A stretch of DNA of 50,463 bases, filler included, from Catajapyx aquilonaris (Eukaryota), in assembly GCA_000934665.2 (NCBI GenBank). It is 2 parts of 2 records of this genome, joined end to end, with 100 filler letters (N's around TTAATTAATTAA, not from the genome) between each part and the next. Parts side by side here need not be neighbours in the genome. Positions count along the whole stretch, not along the records: positions 1 to 25,243 come from KZ539350.1; 1 more part is not named here. The stretch is one strand, 5' to 3'. Below, piece after piece: positions 1 to 14,306 of this stretch. The notes beneath the pieces are model-generated. The model was given only the letters and a program-made list of their open reading frames with translations, did not search any database and had not been told where the DNA came from. Made by a program: the position numbers and the translations under genes. How positions within the stretch are numbered: the first letter of the stretch is position 1; each line of letters opens with the position of its first letter.

Positions 1-182
1 TTTCTGTGGTTTCCCACGGTTCCTCCAGGAGAATTCCGGAGTTGTTTCCTAAACTAATAGGCCACAGCCGCCTCCTTCCTTTCCTATCCCAAAAAGCACA
101 GTAAAAACGAAACGAAGAGTTCCAGTCAAAACAAAACAAAAATATCCCCCCTAAAGAGCCGCCGGCTGATAACGGGGTATGA
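1..182 (+). mobile_element. tRNA-derived SINE (family A), 3' part; cut by the window edge
   Basis: tttctgtggtttccc...taggccacagccgcctccttccttcctatccc...cggggtatga aligns with 18032-18271 and 27385-27615, followed by an (ATG)n(ATT)n tail. Confidence 0.75.
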
Positions 183-209
183 ATGATGATGATGATGATG
201 ATGATGATG

Positions 210-281
<72 letters not shown>
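183..281. repeat. Compound microsatellite (ATG)n(ATT)n
   Basis: Visible directly; tail of the family A SINE. Confidence 0.95.
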
Positions 282-283
<2 letters not shown>

Positions 284-3200
284 ATCTGCAAATGTTTAAA
301 TTATCGATGTTCAATATATCAATAATAATCAATAATCCAACATTGGCCATGTATAGGTTATGAAAATAATATAAAAATGAATATATTAATATAATTCATT
401 AAATATGTTGCAAATTTTCATATTTTCACCTATTCGTCGATTTTGTCATCGATTATGTTCGATATATCGTTAATAGACGAGAACTCGACAAATAACGGAG
501 GAAAATATTATTTTTTTAAAAAATTATCGATGTTCCGTATATCAATAATCTCTGATAAGATCGCCAAATAACAGATGAAAAAAGATCTGAAATTTTTAAA
601 TGATTGATGTTCGATAAGCCATAATCGATGACATCTGCGATTTTTAAATTATCGATGTCCCCTCTGGGGTTCTGTTCATCCTACTGGTACAATGCAGTAC
701 CGTCACGTGCTGCAAAACAGAGCTTTCTACCCTAAAATATGCCGCACAACCTGACGCCATGTTTGGATAGGCTAATACTGAGTAAACGGTGCATAAGTTG
801 GGTCACGTTCCACCCTCCCCCCGGTACATGCACTGCCTTACGAAACACCTCTAGGCAAGACCTGCATCAAAGGTTGCCCACCAAAATATTCCTCAGAGTA
901 TCTGAATAACACGATGCAAAAGACGTGGAGGTGTAACTCAATTGAAAAGGCAGAATGTGAGTGGGTCCTCTTAATTGGGTTCCGCAGCTGGAATTAACTC
1001 TGGAAGAAGAGGATTCGTGATGTGTCGTCCTAAATCAGCGTTACATGTACCGACGGAGTGTGTGTGAGCCCGTAACTCAGTTTGGGGGAGGAAAATGTGA
1101 AGGGCAGAAAAGAGGTGTCCTCCTGCTGCTCCCCCAACGAAATGAATATTTCCGGTGCTATTAGTGCAAATGGATGTTACAAAACAACATCCGTATTTGC
1201 GAATTTCCTGTTCAATTTTGAGGTTATTTCTTGTCAAATGATTTTATATTAGGTTAATTTGCAGAACCCCTCCGAAACCTGCTAGCCTCAACTCAGGCCA
1301 TCACATGACTGACTACAAACACAGTTTATAAATGGAAATTAATTTTTAATTTTTATTACTTACAATCAGTATATCATCAGTATATATTAGGAATTAGTTA
1401 TCATCATTGTCCATATTTCACCTAATACTGTCAACGATGTTTGTTTGTATTGCGCTGCAATTTCTCTCTGCCCACTGGGTGCGCCACCTCCCTGCTTAAC
1501 CCTCCTTCCAACACACCTTCCACCACATCCGCTGGAGGGTGCTCCACATGCTGCCAGGTGGCGCTCCTGTACAGTTACTGCTCCCTATGGGTACCGAAGG
1601 TATGGGTAGGGTAGGGTAGGTATGGGCACCGTAGGCTTGTTAGTTATAGCCTAATCATGCTGTCCACATATTGAGCCTATAATATCATAGGTGTGTCTCT
1701 TCTTCAGTGAGTAATATGCAATTATTTTGTTAAAATAACAGTAGTAAATAGGGCAATTCAGGTGCGTTTTACAGCACAGATTATTGCAGCCACCAGTACT
1801 AATACGGGCGGTAATTTACTTTGGACTATCAGTTCCGCCATGTTTCAAACTGATGTTGCTGAGCAAATGCCTCTTCCCGCGGATACCATGAGCAAACAAG
1901 ACCGTGGATTGGACTCCTGGAGGAGCGATCCTTTCTGCAAATAGTTCTCGAGATGAGGAAGAATGGACCTGGCAATTAGGAGCTTCCTCCTCTTTCTATT
2001 TTTTTTGTGCTAGTTTTCATAGTACATGCTAGAAACTTGGTGATTGCCAATCCAGGAAATCTGTTCGATCCATTTGCGCGATTGCTTTGCTTTCATCGCA
2101 ATCGCTTAGTTGAATTTGTTGAATTGTCCGGATTTTTATGCGATTAACTGCTAGTTTAAGCAGTTAATTGGAAAACTGTAACATTAGGATAAATGTCAGC
2201 AACTCATTTGTCTAAAAATGTGGATTATGCATGTTGGTTATAATTACAATTATTAGTTATTAATAGGCAGAAGCGGCTTTGAAATCCCCCAGATGAAACC
2301 ACAGGTGTCAAAGGGCTTGAAGTGGCTAGCAGTGATTTAATCGCATTATTTAGCTATCCCCCAGCCTCCTCTTATTAAATGTATTAACATTATACGATTA
2401 ATTCAGGTTCAACACCCTGTACATAATTATTATAACCGGCCATTTCTAGTCCCCCGGAAGTGGCCCAGCCATAAATGGAGAGCTTTCATCCGAATTATGA
2501 ATATTTCAAACGCAAATTCGCGATACTGAAATCCGCTTTGCGTGCTACGTTAAATTGATGAAATCATGGCGCTAAATGCATATTTTACAAGTACATTGCA
2601 CTCTATCTCTCTATGCATATCAAAATGGGAGTGGCCAGTTTTTTCAAAGGTTCATTATTTGGTCATGACGTCGCACTGCAGTCGTCTGCATTTATAGGCT
2701 CAGTAGGTAACAAAATATCCTTGTCGAGTCGGGTTTCAACGGTAAAGGAGATGCTTCTAACAGTTTTCTAAGAGGGTTGTTACAGAGCTCAAGGGGGTGC
2801 AGAGTGTGCTAGACAAATGCAATTATTCTCTTCATTCTAACCTCGTTTCCTATACTCCGGAATTTTGCTAGAACTAGTTCAACTGATGTAATTACATGCA
2901 CAATTTTTTGTGCAAATTATCATATCATTTTTGGTTGAGAGTTTGGGCTTGACATGTGCACACTTGATGTCATGATAACAAAAGAACTTAACTGTACCTA
3001 CAATAAACTGAGCTTGTGTTACAGGCTTTTGTCAAAATCTGAATAATGCACTGGGAGCAAAATGTAATTATTCAGTCCGAAAGTTATGACTCCAAATAAT
3101 GTGGACCTGGTCTCCGTGTCAGAGGAATAGTTTGTGAATAGCACTATAAATCCAACCCGAGCTGTTAACGAGCACCTGGAATGGAAAACATGGTTGGTTT

Positions 3201-5645
3201 TAACCAGATTTGATGACACCTGTGGGAATGTGCGCCGGATTTTCGTATACACTATTGATCTATGAATTTTTTAAAAAAAATATTGAGCAAGGACTGAACT
3301 AGTTGGCACAAATTTTAAATTTTAAAGTGCATTTTGAAGCTTGAATATAACTTCATGTAAATTTCTGGGCGTTTCATTGCAGTAATGCAGTTTTGCTGTT
3401 TTTGTCTCCTTTGGGTGGCTTTATTATGTCTGCAGAATACCCGTATGCATAAGCTTTGCGGATGGCGAAACTTATTATCACGACATAATGAACAGATGAC
3501 AGTCTACAGTATATTGTAAAGCTATTTTATCGCACTGTTCCACACCAGGTAACATGCATTAACAACACACACACAAAATCTGTGCATGCGTTAAGCCTAA
3601 CTAGCAACTGCGTTAAACCTTACATAAGTTCATTGATAAATTAGCATCCGCTAATTAGGTTCTCTTAAGCATATAGCGCTAATGAGTTAAGACTGCGGCT
3701 GACATGTAAGATTAGCTTAAGATTAGCTTCTGATACATTATTGACCAAAATCGGATTACATTCAAGTCAGGTCATGTGACACTTAAAAAAATTGCAATCG
3801 GACCCGCCCTTTCTGGTATGCATATCAAAAGTAATGGGGTATAGGATAAAGCTAGTTAACGAGTATAATTAGCTCATGCACGTAATCCCGACTTCCTCTG
3901 TTATATGACACTAATGGGAGAGTGCATGGCATAGCCAAAACCTAACTTATGAAAAAACCTTTACGACAATTCATCATGTCGCATGCTGTGGCCACATTCC
4001 GGTGAATATAAAATAAAACTTCTATTGTGATATAAACTTTAAGAGTAGATGAGTAGATAGGGTTATATTGGCTGGAGCAACCTTCGACATTTATTGTCAC
4101 GATGATGGCCTCGTCACTTGGCCATGATGGGAGTGATTGCTTCTCTTTCAGCTGTGTAAACTACGACCAGGACCGACATCGATACCTAATGTGTCCGACT
4201 TATACACGGTGCAGTAAAGGAAGGGTTATCTTGATGGTCATCACGTAAGAAAATAACTTGGGTCGACCTGACCTTTATGATTGTGTCATGGAAGGGATTT
4301 CGGCTATTAATTCAGCCCAATATTGCCTGCGCTGTAAATCAATTTGGGCCATAACTGAAGCGGTTCCCACTAGAAATTCCCGATAGGCTCTTATTATCCG
4401 CTTCATTGTTACTACTAATTGTGTTAGCGCTAATTTGTGCAAGCGGCTGTTAAGCCACAATTTAACATCAGACATCGATCGTCAATAATATTTTTGTTCA
4501 AAATATTTGCAAATTTTTACATGCAATTATGCTAAAAGGTTTCATCACTGTGCTTGCATGTGCGTGTGGTGTCAAATATTTTTCCGCTAGTTTAAAGTGG
4601 CACTGCTGTCGGCATACCAGATCAAAATATCATCCACTTACAAAACACTCTATTGTCGGCGGCTTCGAAACCAAATGCTTTTCGAGTTCGGATAGCCCGA
4701 TAGCAACCCAAACCTCAAAGTGGCCGCAGGTATGCGGACATACCATTGTGACAAATAGTACGATATTAACTATTATTGAGGAATAAATACATTACTTTCT
4801 TACTTGACTCACTATTATTCAGAATGCATCCAAAATTTCCAATAATTCGTAGGAATTTTGACGAAAAATTCGGGTTATCAGCCACGTGGGCACGTGGCGT
4901 GACCTCCTGTAATTCCCTGACGCTCTCCAGAGATGGCTCTGTCCCGATTCTCCTCAGAGAAAGGACAAAGTGTATTTTGAACCTTCTCTTTTACACATTA
5001 CACCTTGTCCTGGATATTACTGTGGCCCCCTAGGGTAATAAACGGAGTGCTCCTTCAGCTATTAAACTCTAGTCCATTGTTCGGCTTATTAGCGCGACAC
5101 TTAGTGATTAATAGCGCTTGTTGAGACTCGACGACTCAATCAGAGTCGGCCCCCATGCCGACCGTGATTAATCCGCCCCCATATGCAAATTAAGGCACCC
5201 GCGTCGCGTGACGTGCATCCGTCAGACCGAGGGTTATTGTCGCGTGACAATTTGTCGGCCGTGCAAAACTCATCCTAGCAATATTTGCCTCAAGGTGTTT
5301 GGAATATAAGGTAACGAGGTACCCGATTTTTTGGTGGGTGGTGGGAAGGGTATGAGTTGTGGGCAGGCTATAAAACTGGCTTTATCTTCTGAACCTTAGG
5401 GCGACAAAAATCGATAGCGAGCTAAGGCTTCTCTCTACATTTCCCTGAGACAATGCAGAGTGTCACGCACGCTAAGCAGCGGCACCTGAAAGGTACATTT
5501 GGTTGTCTATGTTGCGGCAAAGGCTTTAGAGGGAATAGGCTTACGACGCCTCTTGGCGGTTCTAAGTAGTGTTTGAGCTATAAGAGGATATAATACCCTA
5601 TTTGACAACAATGGGACACGCGACAAATATCTTGATTTATTCCAA

Positions 5646-5881
5646 AACTACCAGCATTCCCGGCGTTGCTCGGGTTATGAAATACTTTTTCATAGGAGGC
5701 CTGCTTTTCTGCCTTTCAGCCTCCGGCGGCTAAGTATGACCTCGGAGGTCAAGTCCAATGTGCTAAAAACCTTCCCCGTTAAAAACTGCCCCTAATGATC
5801 ACCCTAGGGCATATGTCGAGGCCTCCGTATTGATTTGCATCGGGAACATACAGACATACGTCCTGAAATGTGTATAAGATT
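5646..5881 (+). mobile_element. Helentron/DINE-1-like non-autonomous rolling-circle element
   Basis: 5' aactacc...cccggcgttgctcggg hairpin and 3' acatacagacatac...tataagat end, the typical layout of such elements. Confidence 0.5.
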
Positions 5882-6950
5882 GTTGAACTCTCAATTATTA
5901 TCAGCATATTAGTTACTATGACACTGCTATATTAACTTTGGTAATGACAATTTGTTGGGTCATAATGTCAAGCTATTTTTGCTGTAAAAGCAAGATTCTT
6001 CAAATTAAGATGTAGAAAAACGCAAGTTTGCCATTGAATAAATGGGCAATAGGACGTTGGGATTATCGGCGGAAAATTACATTTTCTTAATTAGGTTTTC
6101 TGTGAAGCGGCGTACATTCATTTCCCTCGGGGTGGTAGAGAAGGTTCTGCGTAAAAAGGAATCGGAAGACTTTGTACGACTTTTTAAGTAGGAGTATATG
6201 TATATCTCGATCAATTCCCTGGAAATAGTACTGTACTCTGAAATCGGTTCGAATTATAAGTCACGCCATATATAAGTGCAGAGTTATTCAACCATATGTC
6301 GATTATCCGCCATTGAAATTCGGTAGAGCATAAATTACCACAATGGCGTTTATTCATTATTAATTCCCACAGTTAATAATTCAACGCTTGCAAATTTGCC
6401 CGAAAACTCAATATTTGCGCGTCGTTTGGAATTATTAATTTTGCAAGCGTTAAGTCGTGTTCGGCATTGTACGAATTGTAATGCTAGTTTTGAAAGGAGG
6501 TGACGAGAAGCAGTGCAAATTATTTATTAACTAGGTAGGCGTTGAACAGACTGCCTTTTTAAAATATTTATAAAACGAGTACGGGCAACGACGGAAGCCA
6601 TTTATATTTTTAAAATGTGCTGTCAACAGGTGCTGGGTTTTAGGCCCTATTTCAGCTTCCATATATGTATATAGCACATATTCAGCTCCATGCTGCTTAT
6701 CTCCTGCAATATTCTGCGTGTGTGAAATTCTGAGCCGAATAACCTTTTGTATAGCAGAGTTTGCATGTGTGTTTCCAACAGCAGGTCATTCAAAGGGGCG
6801 ATATGCACGAACCTCACCATTCACGACTGTGTATTTACTGTAATAAATTGCAAGATCAGTTAAAACAAGTAATATACGATATGAATGTGAAAGTAGCACA
6901 TATGAATTTTTTTATTCTAAAAAAAATTGTGGTAGGGTTACACCTCAATG

Positions 6951-7169
6951 TAAGGTGAAGCGGGGTAAGTGCATACACGGGGTAAGTGCATAAACAGGCA
7001 GCCATATTGGAATGAAAATGGCTGACGACACCAAAACGCATCAGGCACTCTTCGTGTAGCCGCACATAACATCCCCGGACGCGTTTTGGTGTCGTCAGCC
7101 ATTTTTATTCCAATATGGCGGCCCGTTTATGCACTTACCCCGTGTATGCACTTACCCCACTTCACCTTA
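6951..7169. mobile_element. Foldback MITE with ~95-bp inverted arms and TA ends
   Basis: taaggtgaagcggggtaagtgcatacacggggtaagtgcataaac...aaaatggctgacgacaccaaaacgc is mirrored by gcgttttggtgtcgtcagccatttt...gtttatgcacttaccccgtgtatgcacttaccccacttcacctta. Confidence 0.85.
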
Positions 7170-10049
7170 CCTGTCTTCACTAAGCTGTGGGACTGGAAGT
7201 AGTTGTTTTTACTGTAACTGTGGGGACTTTCATTCATCTGTGGGGACATTTTCCCCACTTGCGGGGACATTTACGGTCCCCACAAGAAAATTGCGGGTTT
7301 GCTTTTGCAGTAGTGGGGACAAGTCCCCACTATTTCCAGTTGCAGGGTGTTAGAAAAGTTCCATTTTTCTCAGCCTAGGTTACATATAGGGTTGGGTAGG
7401 GTAGGTTAGTTAACTAACCTAACCTAATTACTGCCCGAAATTATTCGGACCACATTTTCATATTCAAATTTGGCGCGCAATGCAACGTTGCCATTTTCCT
7501 ATTTTATTTAATTTTCGCCTGATATTCATCTGACGTGACATTTTAACCCTTTGAATACCTGCTGTAGTTGACCAATTGTTCCTTATCAGGTATCCACCTG
7601 TTCGTGACACACATTCTGTTAGAAAAAAATTCCTAACTGTACATGTACAGTATACGCCCAGTGCTTGAATCAATCCCTGCCCACCAAAAACGTTATCATC
7701 AGGATTCCACACGACATTTTCCCAAACCCCCCACCTGATAGCATCTCTGTTGATATGATATCGATCTAAATTCCCTACCTGCTATGTCTGTAAGTGCAGA
7801 GCAATTTTTTTTTGCCAATACATTGCGCAAACTCATCAAATCCAAGTCTGCAATCAGAGATGTTGGGCTTGAGAATAAGCTTATTATTGATCTTCACATA
7901 TGTGGTTGGCAAAATGTCGATGCACGTCGTGTGTGGTTTGTGCACGACATGTGTGCCTAGAGTATTACGGTACGACATGTGTTTGAACAGTAAAATACAC
8001 ATTGCGATTGGTGGGAGGGGACCTCAGGGCAGGGTTTGATGTACCAATTATCGAAATATTCAGATGTACTATAGATTGTGGACATGGCAAAGATGATTTT
8101 ATTCCAGAAGGACTATTTATTTAACCCATATTTAAACGGCTGGTGCTGGATGATCAGAAATAGCCTCAAAAAAAAATTGCATTCAAAGTACAGTATGGTA
8201 GAAAATGGCTCAGGTCGTATACATTACGCTCTTTTCTCCTTCAAAAAAAATGGCCTACATATTTATAGATTCAGTTCTGTTTTCCCCCAAGGCTTCAATG
8301 TACTGTACAGCAACAGTGCTCCGTTTACGATCGCAATTCTGGTATAGCATTTACTTGATCGGCAGGCCTTGGATGCATGAAGGTGCTGATAAAATATGTA
8401 CGGGTGATGTATGAGTTCGCCCGTTTCTTCGAAAACAAATATGTCCCAAGGTGTACGTCTAACAATTCATTTTCGTCTGGCTCATGTTGTTGATGTAGCA
8501 GGTAATCCTGTTAATGTCATTTAAAAAAATAATTGTTACATTTATTTTGTCATTGCATATGACATCGATCAGCCGGTGTCTGAATAGACTTCAATATTTT
8601 CTCATTAGAAACACCCTGTCCCGGACACCTTATTGATCTCCATAATCCTCGTCTCAGATGAATCTGAGCAGCTTTCTCAAAACGGCCCGACTTGGTCAGA
8701 AAATAGGGTTGTAGGGGCAGGTCAAAGGTCAGCAGTATAGTTGAGACTAAGGGTCATCAGGTAATCGATCATTTTGAGTCAAAATGTTGGTCTATAAATT
8801 TCCGGGGAGGTTGTACCTGAATATGATCGATCATATCCCACCCTTCCGCTCCCCCAAAAAAAACAAAAAAAAAGTTTATAACTCCATGGAGATTTTGAAC
8901 CCCCCGCTGCTATGTATCCCATAAATCATTTTTATGCATGGAATTACGCAGAAATGAAGCCGCTCCAGGGGATGTCTGGCATGACAAAACCCTGGGATTA
9001 AAACAATGCAACACTGCGCATATTCACCAAGGAAGACATGCAAAAAAAAATAACTACAATCTTTTTTTCAAAATTAATATTTAAAACAATATTTTTGATA
9101 ACTTGTCGCATGGCCGATTGCATTATAAAGAGGGTGCAAAATTGCGCTCGTTTGTTTGCTCGCATGCAACCAATGGACCAATTAATTCGGCGTTAATGAG
9201 GCCGTTATGTAAAAGTAACGCTCGTGAGGGGGGAAATTACAGAAATTGTGATTCCCACTTGGGAGACAATAATTTGCGGAAAGGATGACGTATATACTGG
9301 TGGCAACATTTGACACATGTTTAATGCAGTTCATATTTAATTAGTTAAAAATTATTAACTAAATTGTTAGCATATGTTTGCAGTGTAAATTTTATTGAAA
9401 TTATTACATTGATATGGTGGTAACTTCCTCACAGGTTGTAAGTCAACAAGTCTATTTGACTCACGTGGCACACAATATTTGGACCCAAAACTGATATTCG
9501 ACCATTAACACATTTACTAACCCAATTCCAATCAAGGCCATCTCATTACCAACCACATCCCAAATTGACCACTCAATACTCAATCAATATCAATCTGATC
9601 CGGATCAAAAATCTGGATCTGGGTCAGTGACACACTGTTATAGTTATTAGCTCCTATAAAATCTACTCACGTTTCTGAATCAGGCTGGTGGGATGGTACA
9701 CCCAGCATTCAATAGCTGGGAGCACACTTCCAGCTGCAAACTCCAGTCCCTCTGAATGTGTGTGTGTGTATGTGTAGGATATGTGTGTGTGTGGAAATGC
9801 GTGGCCTCAAGCCCTCCCACCTTCCCCCCCCCCCCTCCTACTTCTATTGGTCCATTGCCCATGCGCCAATATTTCTCTCCAGTTGCTCCTCAGAACCTGT
9901 GGAAAACCTGGCCAATCATTGCGCATTTTCAGAGTAGGGGGTGGAGGAGGTGGGGAGGATGTGGGTAGAAGGCAACCCGCACAACTGCGGTGTGCAGATG
10001 TGCGCATACAGCACGAGGAGACAGGTTGTGAAGCACCCTGTACTCTCCA

Positions 10050-10695
10050 ATAATTTTTATGGCATCTACCTTTAATTACAAAATAATTTTTATGGCATTT
10101 ATTTATTTATAAACTCGATTTTCCATATATACGTACATTTAATTTAAAATAATTTTTTCAGATATATTTATTCCTAAAACAATTTTTCACATTTACTTAA
10201 TTGCAAAATAATTTTTATCGCGTTTATTTATTTTAGAAATCATTTTTGCGCGTTCATTTTATTACAAAATCTTTTTTATCGCATTTATTTATTTATTTAA
10301 GTCATTTTTCCACATTTATTTATTTTACAAAATCATTTTTCCACATTTATTTATTTTACAAAATCATTTTTCCACATTTATTTATTTTACAAAATCATTT
10401 TTCCACATTTATTTATTTTACAAAATCATTTTTCCATTTTACAAAATCATTTTTCCACATTTATTTATTTTACAAAATCATTTATCCATCACTTATTTAT
10501 TTTAGAAATCATTTTCCACATTTATTTATTTTAGAAATAATTTTCCACATTTATTTATTTGAAAAATCATTTTCCACATTTATTTATTTTAGAAATCATT
10601 TTTCCACATTTGTTTAATGACAAAATCATTTTTATCCCATTTATTTAATTACAAAATCATTTTTATCACATTTCCTTATTTATAAAATCGTTTTT
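10050..10695. repeat. AT-rich minisatellite, ~30-32-bp unit (cacatttatttattttacaaaatcatttttc), ~20 degenerate copies
   Basis: Units are visible directly and are best conserved at 10300-10620. Confidence 0.85.
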
Positions 10696-13600
10696 AAGGC
10701 TAATAAAAATTGCTAATATACGATGACATGTGGAGGTCAAAGGTCAAGAAGGATGTGTCCATTCCTATTTCTTCTGCTAGATCCTGCACATCCCTACGAC
10801 GCATTGGATGGCAACCATGTCACGAGTTCGACACATCCTCTTATCCAACATTGTCAATGACCGGACGTGACGTCAAACAAGGGTGAACACCTCGAGACCT
10901 CTTTTGTCTGACGCAGTCATAACAATCGAGGAGAGGTCGGGGGGAGGGGGGGTGGAAGGGGAAACTTAACCTAATTATCCCTCATTACTTAAACAGGTGC
11001 CAATCTGTGGTGACAACAAGGAAGCTATGGGGAGGGTAGAGGGAAGGGGCGGGTGGCAACAAAGGGTGGTTGGAAAGGTCACAGAAATTGATGCCTCTGA
11101 TTTGACCTGACCGGATGGGCTGAATTGAACCATTAATTGCGGGGAGGGAGGGAGACAGGGAGGGGAGGGTTAGATTGCTTTAAGAGAGATGTGTTATAGA
11201 GGATAGGGATAGACCATAAGGATTGGGACTTGTGGTTGATTTTTATATACGAAAAGGTGCGTGTGCATATCATTATCATTATGTATGTAAATAATTTTTA
11301 GGTAAAAGAATTTGGCAATAATTTTATTAAAAATTGACAATTTCCACCATTTTTAAACTTTTTGAAAAATTGAACATATTTGACTTTTTTTCATAGATTT
11401 TGTGTTATGGCATGACAGCAATCCTATTCCTATAGTCTATAAATTAACCGGAAGCTGATATGAAGACATATCGCCCCGGAACTCATCTAATGGAAAACGA
11501 TGTCAGAAGCATTGTATTTCAGAAACTTAATATCATCATTCCGCCAACGCAGCTATTTCCNNNNNNNNNNNNCCCCCCCCCCCCCCCCAAATTTTTTAAA
11601 AACCAAATCAAAGGTAGCTATATCGCTTGATCTCATTTCGAGCTTTTTTAATAGCCTTCGCCACAACAAACACTGCAGTAAATTAATTTCCTTCTACCTT
11701 CTATAATCAGCCTATGAAGCCATAGCAATATCGTACATCCAAAGTTCGAAATACACCGCAGTATTCCGCTCAATTTAATTAATTTATGCTCAGTGCGCCG
11801 TGTGGTAATTATTCGTAATGAATACGCCTTGTTTTCTTTACAGCCAATAGGCCTATCGGATTTCCAACGGAGAAAAGCCTGGTCAGGCGAACAATACTCC
11901 GGTCATGTGTACCAAATCCGATATGACCTTTGGTCCTGAAAATCCATTGTGTGGGTGTCTTTAAAAGATTGGTCTAATTACATCGGTAAGCTCCTGGTTT
12001 TTTTAAATGCGGATTGGAGTTCATGTCCGGAGCTAAATCCGGGGATATTCCATAACCTCATTTTCTTTCTAACGAATTTAGCAGCCCAAGTGCTCTCCAG
12101 TATCAAATTTTGGGACGATGAATTTTTTTAAAAATATTGCGCGATTATAGTGTCTGAGAGGGACTGTAAATGTGGGATTAATATTTTATGAGATAGCAGA
12201 ATTTTAGAGTAGCTACTTCAGGCTTTAATTAAATCTAACGGCTCACATTTTTAAATTTGATCATGGTATCATTTAATATTGCATACCAGTTGAAATTAAA
12301 TTTTAAAATTGCATGGGTTGTGTGAATAGGCATATATAATCAGGGGAAGGTAATCTCCAATGGCACTGGCCACAGGTCATTTTCTATTGTCTCTTGTGGG
12401 CCTCAAACGGTTCCTGGCATTCATTTGGGCGAACAGACAGGCAAATCTAGCTTGGAGGAGCAAAGGCCCCTGGCCATCACCCCTTGCCCTTTCACCCAAG
12501 CGAGTTAGATTGATTCCCTTTGGAGCGTGTAATGAGAATTCATTAGCGGGAGGCTCGGCCCCCTTTCCGTCTACCACTGCACTTATTTGCAGCCCCTGGA
12601 CTCACCCAATATAAGTCACGCCAAATTTGACAACAATGATTGCCCAGAGGTGCCTGGAAAGGGTAGGCCTAGGGTGACCACGTGGAGGGTCATCCATCTT
12701 GAGAGTTGGAGGCAAGATGGATGGACCCACGTGGTTGCTGTTCAATATGGTCCACACTCTGCACAATTAATTAAATGATCAAAGAATCGCTAGTGATATT
12801 CTGGGTAAATATGAGTTTGACATCAAACGCAGGATTTAATCACAGCATTAACCCATCAGAGGGTTATAGGTTAAAATTCCAATCAGTTGATGTAGCCTGT
12901 AGAGTGAAATTATAGCCTATACAAATGGTGTGGAGCTGTCCGGAGTAATCATTTGTACCAAAAATTAAAATGTTGACCACTGCTTACTGTGCAAAGAGAA
13001 GATACATTCAGCACACTATAAGCTTAGCTCAATTATGACTCCATATAATTTCAATTTGTTTGTTTATTTATCATGTTCTTATTCCCGGAACGTTGTCTCC
13101 GGTGGCGGTGGGGTCATGCGATTGGGGAGTCCTGACCTGTCGATGGTCATTGCACGACTGGGCAGCAGGCACGACTTTGTTATACCCGATGCAGCAGCAC
13201 CAATAGATGTCCCTGTCCATCTCCCCATCTGCTTATAAAAAGTCACAATCAATGACCTGTGACCTGATGTGACCCGGGTGATGCCATACCTTCTCCTGTG
13301 ACTAGCTCGTGACCGTGACATGGCATGGCGCAACAGAGGATATGGCAGCAACGGGTACAAAAACCTCCTGCAAATATTAGGCGTTATATTAAAGAGTGTA
13401 TGGTGACATTTGACCTGCACTTACTCTCCTTTGGCCTCGACTCGGTTGAGCGTGATTCCTGAAATGTACAGGCAGTGTTGTAAATCGGCCTAAACACTTA
13501 TGATTGATGTACTTACTTGAGGTGAGCGCATGAGGTCGGTCATTGTTCCTCTGGATAAAATATTAAAATGTAATTAAAATATACAATATCGTAGACTACA

Positions 13601-14198
13601 ATAAGTATGCAACTTACAATAGGTATGTCGAGCGTAATCCGAATGTCAGGAAGACTTTTCTTGTTCTGTAAAATGAATCGTGTAATTATGTCATATTACA
13701 ACCTGTTTAATTGATGTAAATAATTTTTACCTTGTTTCAGATGATCTTGTTGACATTTTTATAAAATATTTTTTTATAATCACCCGCTAAGTCAATGTGC
13801 CGGAAGCTACATGACGTCCTTGAATAAACAATAGTAGATAAGTAACGTCATGATTTTAGTTACATTTTTGGCGTACCTTATTTACATAATTACAAGGCTC
13901 TTATCTGAACAATGACATTTTGTAAACAACATAATGCTATGATACGGACCGCTTTGATTTTCATGCTATTTGTGACGATCAGTTGTATGATCGATTATTG
14001 TAAATCCAGAACAAGTTTATCCTTCCTATTCATTGTTTCGGCCATTGTTACCAACAATTAATAAATAGACCTGTAATGTCCTATTGAACCTGTAATTTAG
14101 TTGAATATTAAATAATTCCGATCTAAATGCCGCAGTCATATGGCCCATCCTATGAAATAGTGCAGCTGATATGACACACAACCCGAAATCGTTGACAG

Positions 14199-14227
14199 CC
14201 AATCAGATCACGATTCTGGGCTATAAA
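14199..14227 (+). promoter_or_regulatory. Core promoter (CCAAT box + TATA box) of the secreted repetitive protein gene
   Basis: CCAAT at 14199-14203 and TATAAA at 14222-14227, about 80 bp upstream of the ATG at 14307. Confidence 0.6.
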
Positions 14228-14306
14228 TTGGCCTCGTATGAAGCGTAATGTCTATTCTGTTTCCAGCTGTAGAGCCAGAAAGTGAAGTGAAGAAACGCTC
14301 GTAATT

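Noticed and set aside
126..350. Poly-Asn/His ORF, and poly-Tyr/Ile/Asn/Ser ORFs at 17895-18469
   Set aside because: Microsatellite translations.
10246..10617. 123-aa Phe/Ile/His-rich ORF
   Set aside because: Translation of the AT-rich minisatellite.
11340..12250. Possible Maverick/Polinton or viral coding relic
   Set aside because: Only short, stop-interrupted fragments with no convincing motif; needs tBLASTx.
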